Made by a program: the position numbers and the translations under genes | Notes under the pieces: model-generated | Told to the model about the DNA's origin: nothing | The model's input: the letters and a program-made list of their open reading frames with translations, nothing else | Database searches by the model: none | Part shown: in pieces, positions 57,553 through 64,000 of the stretch | Position numbering within the stretch: the stretch's first letter is position 1 | Layout: every line of letters starts with the position of its first letter | Virus record (IMG/VR): IMGVR_UViG_3300013119_001061 | Direction: 5' to 3' (one strand) | Length of the DNA: 64,000 bases | DNA from: a virus

Positions 57553-57719
57553 TGAAAAACACATTCAAACCGGGAGATCTTGTACAAATGATGTTTGGGC
57601 CAGAACATGAACCCGGGATTATAGTTGAAAAATCAAACACCAGCTTATTTCGTGTGCTTATTAGTGGTGAAATCTATCGATCGTCTGAATCAATGCTGAC
57701 GCATGCCCAAGATGAATAG
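57552..57719 (+). CDS. KOW/SH3-like small protein (55 aa, not in ORF track)
   Basis: MKNTFKPGDLVQM...PGIIVE...FRVLISG. Confidence 0.65.
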   Translation: MKNTFKPGDLVQMMFGPEHEPGIIVEKSNTSLFRVLISGEIYRSSESMLTHAQDE

Positions 57720-57972
57720 GTTCACCCCCGGCGACCTAATCCAGGTATTCGACAATTCAGCCCTTGCAAACCGACAACCATATCCAGTTATCCATCCATA
57801 TCACAAACAAAAGGGTATCGTAATCAAAACACTTGTAATCCAGGATCCCGAAAGGACATCATCATTCGACGCATTGATGAGCGCGATCTCGGGTGAATGG
57901 CTTGTAGAATGCTTGATTGATGGGGAAATTACCTCTATTGAACCAGAATATCTTAGGCTGGCAGATCAATGA
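57703..57972 (+). CDS. KOW/SH3-like small protein (array member)
   Basis: FTPGDLIQV...KGIVI. Confidence 0.65.
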   Translation: MPKMNRFTPGDLIQVFDNSALANRQPYPVIHPYHKQKGIVIKTLVIQDPERTSSFDALMSAISGEWLVECLIDGEITSIEPEYLRLADQ

Positions 57973-58184
57973 AACCAGGGGATCTTGTCTCATCAGCCAT
58001 TAATCTGCTATATAGAGGAATAATCTTATCACGTGAAGAGGATGACTATAAACAAAATGATTCATACGATCAAACACACTCAGTTAAAAAGTTCGAAACG
58101 TTCCAGGTTTTCTGGTTTGCAGATCGAAAAATATTTAAACACTCACCGCAACAACTGATTCCTGTAAAAGATGTCGCCGAGTAG
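57969..58184 (+). CDS. KOW/SH3-like small protein (array member)
   Basis: MKPGDLVSS...RGIIL...VFW. Confidence 0.65.
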   Translation: MKPGDLVSSAINLLYRGIILSREEDDYKQNDSYDQTHSVKKFETFQVFWFADRKIFKHSPQQLIPVKDVAE

Positions 58185-58196
58185 ATATAATAAAAA

Positions 58197-58448
58197 ATGG
58201 TGGGTTTCGTAACAATGTTCAAAGACGAGGAAGACAAACTGCAACCTGGTGATATGGTCAAGGTAGGATTCTTTCCGCCTCACAAAAAAGTCACTGGGCT
58301 ATACATCACGACCGGCGTAATCGTCGAGAGGTTCAAGACAAAGGGTGATCGACTCGGGAAAGACAGGTTTAAAGTTCTCGTTGAAGGAAAGCTATTCAAG
58401 ACACCTCACATCAAACTAATCGAGAAGATAGAAGATGAAGAGCTTTAA
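58197..58448 (+). CDS. KOW/SH3-like small protein (array member)
   Basis: LQPGDMVKV...TGVIV...FKVLVEG. Confidence 0.65.
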   Translation: MVGFVTMFKDEEDKLQPGDMVKVGFFPPHKKVTGLYITTGVIVERFKTKGDRLGKDRFKVLVEGKLFKTPHIKLIEKIEDEEL

Positions 58449-58632
58449 AAAAGGTGATCTGGTTCGGTCAATCATGTCACACTACTTCTCAACTGTCACG
58501 ATTGAGGCTGGAGACATAGGGTTTGTTACAAAAATAAACGTAGAGCCAGGAATAACGACTGCGATCTGCCTAATCAACGGTGTCAATGATACTGAGTTCT
58601 ATTTTGAAGAGTTGGAGTTGGCAAATGGTTAA
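58435..58632 (+). CDS. KOW/SH3-like small protein (array member)
   Basis: FKKGDLVRS...IGFV. Confidence 0.65.
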   Translation: MKSFKKGDLVRSIMSHYFSTVTIEAGDIGFVTKINVEPGITTAICLINGVNDTEFYFEELELANG

Positions 58633-58900
58633 AGGATCTTTCGTCAAAATAATGGATCAAAACGGATCTACTATCGATAGCAAAATCTATATCGAAGAAG
58701 TGATCCCATACGAGATGCTAAAGAAAGAACCCGATAACGAACACATAAAAGATCGAGTTGTGTCTTGTCGTATGAAGATGACAACTTATGATACTGAGGG
58801 AAAGCACTTCAATCACAGGCATCACGCAGTTCTTGCGGAAGGTCAAATAAAATACTATAATACGAGTTACTTCACATTGATGCCTGCGGAGGAATCATGA
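58625..58900 (+). CDS. KOW/SH3-like small protein (array member, divergent)
   Basis: MVKGSFVKI. Confidence 0.5.
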   Translation: MVKGSFVKIMDQNGSTIDSKIYIEEVIPYEMLKKEPDNEHIKDRVVSCRMKMTTYDTEGKHFNHRHHAVLAEGQIKYYNTSYFTLMPAEES

Positions 58901-59106
58901 ACAGAGGTGATCTCGTAAGATGCTACGTTCACCCTGATAAGTTCATCCACAAAAGCAAGATCAAAGATATCGTTGGTGTCTTGATTAGTCATAAAAGGTT
59001 TAAGTCGAAGATCACCAAAAACTGGGATAATGAGTTTCAAGTTTTGTCACAAGGTAAGATCCGACGAGTAACTACTGAGCTATATAAGATTGAGAAAATA
59101 GAATGA
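58897..59106 (+). CDS. KOW/SH3-like small protein (array member)
   Basis: MNRGDLVRC...VGVLI...FQVL. Confidence 0.65.
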   Translation: MNRGDLVRCYVHPDKFIHKSKIKDIVGVLISHKRFKSKITKNWDNEFQVLSQGKIRRVTTELYKIEKIE

Positions 59107-59333
59107 ACAACTACTTCCGTGGTGATATTATAAAGATAGTAGAGCTCTATCAGGACAGAGAGACGCTGTATTGGAATCCGATCAGAGATACAGTAGGCTT
59201 GTTGTTGGAGGAAATCGACGATGATCTGATGCAGGTGTTGGTTGCTGGCAGAAAAGAGACACATGATATCGGGCGAGGGCCCTACACGAGATACAAAGTG
59301 GAAGTGATAAGCAAAGGAAACATCAATGAATAA
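59103..59333 (+). CDS. KOW/SH3-like small protein (array member)
   Basis: YFRGDIIKI...VGLLL...QVLVAG. Confidence 0.65.
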   Translation: MNNYFRGDIIKIVELYQDRETLYWNPIRDTVGLLLEEIDDDLMQVLVAGRKETHDIGRGPYTRYKVEVISKGNINE

Positions 59334-59452
59334 CGAAGATAGAGAGACAGCATACTTGCACCAGGTCAGTGATATCCTGAATGAACTCCGAGATGTGCTA
59401 GCAGTAACACATGAGTATCACGGAGATCTGAGGTCCTTGCGCAAGCTGATGA

Positions 59453-59731
59453 ATGAGTTTGATGATTGTAACTATGGTTCAAACCTTAGCTAGCTGGTAC
59501 GTGTATCTGGTGAAATGTGGCGATGGTTCTCTTTACTGCGGTATCACGACAAACATTGAGCGACGATTAAAGGAACACAACTCCGGCTCAAAGGGTGCCA
59601 AATATACACGATCTCGCCGCCCAGTCAGCTTAGTTCACGTCGAGCCATCAGAAAACCGATCGACTGCATCACGCCGGGAGGCACAAATCAAAAAGTTGAC
59701 ACGCAAGCAGAAAGAAGAGCTGATTAAATGA
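59453..59731 (+). CDS. GIY-YIG nuclease (YhbQ/UPF0213-like)
   Basis: WYVYLVKCGDGSLYCGIT...RRLKEHN...GAKYTR...REAQIKK. Confidence 0.9.
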   Translation: MSLMIVTMVQTLASWYVYLVKCGDGSLYCGITTNIERRLKEHNSGSKGAKYTRSRRPVSLVHVEPSENRSTASRREAQIKKLTRKQKEELIK

Positions 59732-60432
59732 CACGCAAATATAAGACTGAGCAGGTTTATTACAGTGATTGGAATGATAAACTCGCGCCAGGGCATGAAG
59801 ATTACTGGAACAAGATTAGCATCATCGCTGAGTGGATCGGATATGCGCTGGAAGCATCAATCTCAGGCTATAGTCCGATGTGGAATCATCTTGCAACCAT
59901 CACAGTTCAGCAGACCAAAGAAAAGTTCGGCCAGGCAAGAGTACACACTAACCTTGCTACCCACGAACATGTTGAGCAGCAGTGGAAAGAAGACCTCACC
60001 GATGCCAAGGAAAAGAACAATAGATATCATCGATGGGTGTCCGGCGATCTTGATGAGGAGAACCACAAGGAAATCACGCCGCACATTCTCAGCTCATTTA
60101 AATACAATACCTACCCACTCGATGAACCTACACTTGAAGAGCATGAACAACAATGTCGTGAATATGATTCTGCGCATTATCGACACGTATATCAGCAGGC
60201 ATTTACACTCTGGCCTGAATATGAATACGCAATCTGGTCCGGCGCTGATCACCCCAACTACTTGTTCAATGATATCGAGGAGCTCGAAGAATACTATGCT
60301 AAGCAAGTCGATGATATAAATGAAAGTAGCTACCTAACTGACGATGACAAAGTTGTAGCAACTACCCGATACGAAGAAGAAAAGGCATATGCAATGACTG
60401 TCTGCAGGTTCGGAGATCAAAAGGATGTTTAA
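59728..60432 (+). CDS. hypothetical protein
   Basis: 234 aa; QTKEKFG motif. Confidence 0.6.
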   Translation: MTRKYKTEQVYYSDWNDKLAPGHEDYWNKISIIAEWIGYALEASISGYSPMWNHLATITVQQTKEKFGQARVHTNLATHEHVEQQWKEDLTDAKEKNNRYHRWVSGDLDEENHKEITPHILSSFKYNTYPLDEPTLEEHEQQCREYDSAHYRHVYQQAFTLWPEYEYAIWSGADHPNYLFNDIEELEEYYAKQVDDINESSYLTDDDKVVATTRYEEEKAYAMTVCRFGDQKDV

Positions 60433-60586
60433 AGTCGGCGCCAAAGTTCACCACAAGTCAGCAACGCATCGAATCGGCAAAGTTATTCAGTCATGCGACT
60501 CGGGGCCCTGCAAAATTCTGTGGGAAGGAAATACAAAAGCAGTATGGATTCATGAGCATGCACTGATTCTTTGTGAGACCAAATGA
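60425..60586 (+). CDS. KOW/SH3-like small protein (53 aa, not in ORF track)
   Basis: MFKVGAKVHH...IGKVI...KILWEG. Confidence 0.6.
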   Translation: MFKVGAKVHHKSATHRIGKVIQSCDSGPCKILWEGNTKAVWIHEHALILCETK

Positions 60587-61323
60587 GCATAGGCAAGACA
60601 GTTAATGATCTGTATCAGCTCCTCGGGCTTGAGCATCCACGCATCTGGACCAAGTCAAAGATCAAGCACAATAAAATGGGAGGATATTCTGAGTGCAACT
60701 ATATGCGACAAACCGGTCGATCTACGCTTAATTGTTTGACTGCGATTGCCCACTTGATGACGGGTGACGATGTCTTGATCCCTGTCCCAATCGCTCATAG
60801 TAAGCGAGTTCAATCCACATTTATTGAAAACATCCTAGCAAAGCTGTCAATCCCAGTCAAAAAATCAAAACGATCGTCAGGCTATCTACAAATTGCGGAT
60901 GGTGCACAAGTTCATTTTGCCTCAATGTCAAGATTGCGCAGATCAGGGGTCACTCATCAGACAGGCCTAGGCGAAGAGCTGAGAGGAAGAACTGTCGATG
61001 TAATCCTTCCAGACAATGCTCTCTTCGATATAATTAATACGACACCGGTGATTGAAGAACGACCCGACGAATTAGTGTTTCTTGACGAGTGTGAACGTGT
61101 ATTAGATTACGAGAAAAGAACGATGATAGATACAAAAACATTCACAACAAATTATGGCGAGGTGTTCAGAAACGGTGACCTGATAGAACACGGCGATTCA
61201 GCAGCAATGATCATAAATCTGTATGAAGGTCGATACAATATGACTGTCCTTATCGACGGCCAAAAGAGATCATGGGTTCGCCAAGATTTAAATTTGATGC
61301 TTAAATGCACTGACGAGGATTGA
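60583..61323 (+). CDS. hypothetical protein: degenerate P-loop-like N-part plus C-terminal KOW-like module
   Basis: RQTGRST; LRGRTVD; FRNGDLIEH...TVLIDG. Confidence 0.55.
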   Translation: MSIGKTVNDLYQLLGLEHPRIWTKSKIKHNKMGGYSECNYMRQTGRSTLNCLTAIAHLMTGDDVLIPVPIAHSKRVQSTFIENILAKLSIPVKKSKRSSGYLQIADGAQVHFASMSRLRRSGVTHQTGLGEELRGRTVDVILPDNALFDIINTTPVIEERPDELVFLDECERVLDYEKRTMIDTKTFTTNYGEVFRNGDLIEHGDSAAMIINLYEGRYNMTVLIDGQKRSWVRQDLNLMLKCTDED

Positions 61324-61356
61324 ACACCGACCACCCGTAGGTTATAATAATACATA

Positions 61357-61851
61357 ATGGAGGTGTCTATGGCTAACCTGAAGTGTAGCATTCTAACATC
61401 TGATCGTAAAGAGGAGTTCAAGGATGCATTCAAGCATGCTCGATCATTCTCAGACTACGACCTGACCCAGCATTCAGAGTCAGTATACTTTGCAAACACC
61501 AAATCACCTTACCTTTTTTGGTCTCATGCCGACTACCCGCTGGTCCTAGCGGGCGATGGGCGCAAGACAAACTTAAGCAAGATCGGCAAGTTCACCGGCG
61601 GCATGGACGAGGTGATTGAAGCACTCGACGTCATGACCTTCTTGCTTACACGCGAGAACGCATACATTCTGCACCTCGACCCGCATACCAAAGATCTCTA
61701 TCGGACAATGGTGCCCAAGATCCGCAAGGTCCAGGTCACCAAAGAGCTCAAGGGCCTCAAGACGATGTCTGAACTCGAAGATCTGCGAGAGGTCAAACGA
61801 AAAGAATACGAGGCCAAGAAAGCTGACGCAGAGGCAGAAGTAGAGGCATGA
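61357..61851 (+). CDS. hypothetical protein
   Basis: Promoter-like TTGAACA-N16-TATAAT upstream; SD GGAGG before the second Met. Confidence 0.6.
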   Translation: MEVSMANLKCSILTSDRKEEFKDAFKHARSFSDYDLTQHSESVYFANTKSPYLFWSHADYPLVLAGDGRKTNLSKIGKFTGGMDEVIEALDVMTFLLTRENAYILHLDPHTKDLYRTMVPKIRKVQVTKELKGLKTMSELEDLREVKRKEYEAKKADAEAEVEA

Positions 61852-61899
61852 CCCCGCAAGAACTAGTTGGTATCATTACACTAACAATCATCGCCGGCA

Positions 61900-62199
61900 T
61901 TGCATTGCAGATTCACATACTCAGAATGCTGTCTCGCAAGAACAAAGACGACGATGAATCTAAATAAGAAGCAGCAGATTCTACTCGACAACACGTTTGC
62001 AGATGCAAAAGAGTTCTTAGCAAACCGTGCCCCTCATCTGACAAAAGAGGATATCTCAAACGAGCTTAGGTGGTTCGGGCAATATGATATAATTGAAAAG
62101 AAAGCCGGATACCCTGAGTCACTCAAGCTTATGTGGTATTGGCGCGAGATGGCAGATGAATTGCTAGAAGGAATAGAAGAAGATGAACAAAACCAATAA
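61900..62199 (+). CDS. hypothetical protein
   Basis: Start probably the internal Met (MNLNKK). Confidence 0.5.
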   Translation: MHCRFTYSECCLARTKTTMNLNKKQQILLDNTFADAKEFLANRAPHLTKEDISNELRWFGQYDIIEKKAGYPESLKLMWYWREMADELLEGIEEDEQNQ

Positions 62200-62653
62200 G
62201 CAAAAGTTTAAAGACCTAGCTGATCTCGCTATAGAGATAGCAAAAGAAAACACTGTCCCATGGTTGAAGAGCCGAGTCACTGAACTTGAAGATGAGCTTT
62301 TGTGCATAGAGGGTAGTTTAATTGCTGAAGAGGGTGAAACGAGAGCTTTAAAAGGCGAGCTTGAGGAAGTTAATCATCTTTGGGCGATCTGCAGTGACCG
62401 CCTCGACTGGCTCGAAGAAAAGATGGAAGTATATGAAAAGCATTCCGGCACCGTGCTAAGGATGCACTCAGATTACTACCGCGAGTTCTTTGACATCAAA
62501 GAAGATTATGCTTATAAAAGTTCAGGCAAATCCAGGCCAGCAAATACGGCAAGGGTAACGAAAGAATTCCAAATGATCCTGGACGACGGAATGGTTCGTG
62601 CAGCCAAAAAATGGGCAGGCAAAGATAGGGAAGGGGGTGATGAAGATGAGTGA
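62183..62653 (+). CDS. hypothetical coiled-coil protein
   Basis: 156-aa ORF. Confidence 0.55.
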   Translation: MNKTNKQKFKDLADLAIEIAKENTVPWLKSRVTELEDELLCIEGSLIAEEGETRALKGELEEVNHLWAICSDRLDWLEEKMEVYEKHSGTVLRMHSDYYREFFDIKEDYAYKSSGKSRPANTARVTKEFQMILDDGMVRAAKKWAGKDREGGDEDE

Positions 62654-62879
62654 GATTCAAAAAGGAGATCTGGTGAGATTAACACCCATTAATAATAACG
62701 ATGTTCTATCCGTATTCACCGTGAACAGCTCTCCTATGATCGGAACTGTGATAGAACTTAACACAGAAACGGATGGAGGATTCTCGCTATCTGGACATGG
62801 GCACGCAACATATCTGGCTGGTGGCGAGTTGAAAATCCTAGATAAGGGAATGTGGCGCGCGAAGAAAATAAAAGAATGA
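62646..62879 (+). CDS. KOW/SH3-like small protein
   Basis: IQKGDLVRL...IGTVIE. Confidence 0.6.
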   Translation: MSEIQKGDLVRLTPINNNDVLSVFTVNSSPMIGTVIELNTETDGGFSLSGHGHATYLAGGELKILDKGMWRAKKIKE

Positions 62880-63280
62880 GCGAGAGTAAAGAGATCAGCG
62901 ATGTGCGATGGTTAGAACACGGCAAAGAAGGGTATCTGATGCAATTCTGCACAATAGATGATAAGGTACACCAGCGAGATCCTACAGAATATTCAGTAAT
63001 GATTATGAACGCAATGAGTACCCCCATGGATCTAGCGGTATTAAAAGAGGGAGGTGAGAATGGAGAACCACCCAGATTACCATCCCTAAATGATATCCCT
63101 TGGAGTGAACTTCACGATGGGTTCAAGGAGGCACTTCGTGAGTATAGGGTGTTCGGAGATGATACAAGGGTGATTCGTAGAATGTGGTTTCGTGAAGATA
63201 ATGGTGATATAGTTCCAGTTATCGTTAAGAGTGAGAATAGTGTGGAAGTTGGTTTATTCGCCGAGGGCGTTGAGAAATGA
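62876..63280 (+). CDS. hypothetical protein
   Basis: Coupled ORF. Confidence 0.55.
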   Translation: MSESKEISDVRWLEHGKEGYLMQFCTIDDKVHQRDPTEYSVMIMNAMSTPMDLAVLKEGGENGEPPRLPSLNDIPWSELHDGFKEALREYRVFGDDTRVIRRMWFREDNGDIVPVIVKSENSVEVGLFAEGVEK

Positions 63281-63981
63281 GTGCCTCTGACGAAATCCTA
63301 CACAATTACACCCTAAACATGGCCAAAGATCACGGCCCGTCATCATACAAAGATGACAAAATGCCCGGAACATATATGGCCGAAACCGACGAAGATCAGA
63401 TCGTGGAAGATATGCTCAACGCTGTCGTTAAGAAGGTTCGTAATCAGACACTAGAAGACCACAAAGAGTTCGGAGACATGTGGAACAATCCAGTTAAAAA
63501 TACTGACCCCAAAGAGATCTTCACCCCAAAGTTCGTCTCAATCCATAATGAAGATGCTAAGTTCTATCCCGTCAGCAAAGGTGACCTAGTTGAGATCCCG
63601 AATCCCGAAGATCCAAATGAAAGCTACAAAGGTGTTCTAATCGATATCTTGAAGCCAAATCCTGCCTGGATCCTCGATCAAAACGATCAAATGTCAGCGC
63701 CCTCAAGCTTGCCAGAAGATATTAAAAAAGCTATGAACGAATCATCTGGGCGTAGCGATAAACACGATATCTACTGGGAATTAAACGACGATCAACGAAC
63801 TGATAAGATGACTCACGAATCTTTGTATGAAGTTCTGGCAAACTCAAAAGTATATAGATTCAGATCAAACAAGATCCGAAAGGTTGGTGCAACTAAGCTT
63901 GTTAACGAAGAAGCCAAGATTGAACAACCCTCAGAGATGAGCTTTCACGGGATGATGGACGCAATGGGAATTACAGGATGA
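63277..63981 (+). CDS. hypothetical protein with internal KOW-like module
   Basis: VSKGDLVEI...YKGVLI...YEVL. Confidence 0.55.
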   Translation: MSASDEILHNYTLNMAKDHGPSSYKDDKMPGTYMAETDEDQIVEDMLNAVVKKVRNQTLEDHKEFGDMWNNPVKNTDPKEIFTPKFVSIHNEDAKFYPVSKGDLVEIPNPEDPNESYKGVLIDILKPNPAWILDQNDQMSAPSSLPEDIKKAMNESSGRSDKHDIYWELNDDQRTDKMTHESLYEVLANSKVYRFRSNKIRKVGATKLVNEEAKIEQPSEMSFHGMMDAMGITG

Positions 63982-64000
63982 TCAACTACAGCTTCAAACC

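Noticed and set aside
54838-59333. CRISPR array, integron cassette array or DGR explanation for the small-gene array
   Set aside because: No DNA direct repeats, attC-like spacers, integrase or reverse transcriptase seen; genes overlap directly
60583-61323. Terminase large subunit
   Set aside because: RQTGRST lacks the Walker A Lys, no clear Walker B or nuclease domain, and the protein is too short

Overview
The window reads as a 64-kb segment of a jumbo/huge dsDNA bacteriophage in the standard genetic code. Essentially all genes lie on the + strand, are tightly packed with overlapping start/stop codons, and include many ORFans and free-standing homing endonucleases. Recognisable functions are replication/repair (DinG helicase, DnaE, 5'-3' exonuclease, Fpg/Nei), nucleotide metabolism (IMPDH, thymidine kinase, dCMP deaminases, a kinase/thymidylate-synthase-like fusion), proteostasis (ClpB, GroEL, FtsH), PEP synthase, a tubulin/FtsZ-family protein, cell-wall hydrolases and one tRNA. 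The highlights are: (1) a cassette of three proteins resembling type III secretion tip/filament, needle (SctF) and inner-rod (SctI) subunits behind a sigma28-like promoter, with no other T3SS genes in the window; (2) an in-frame TCG-TAG-TCG inside the first PHP motif of dnaE, within a hairpin, where skipping 6 nt restores the canonical motif (candidate programmed stop-codon hop); (3) a run of 20 consecutive small divergent 'K-x-G-D-L-V' KOW/SH3-like genes; (4) two fractured genes (dnaE, IMPDH), each with a split intein flanking an endonuclease gene; (5) a tRNA-Ser with the anticodon AGA, rare in bacteria; (6) a shared N-terminal 'LRxxIREE'-like leader linked to an ATATTTA upstream motif. All family calls come from motif recognition by eye; no database search was run.
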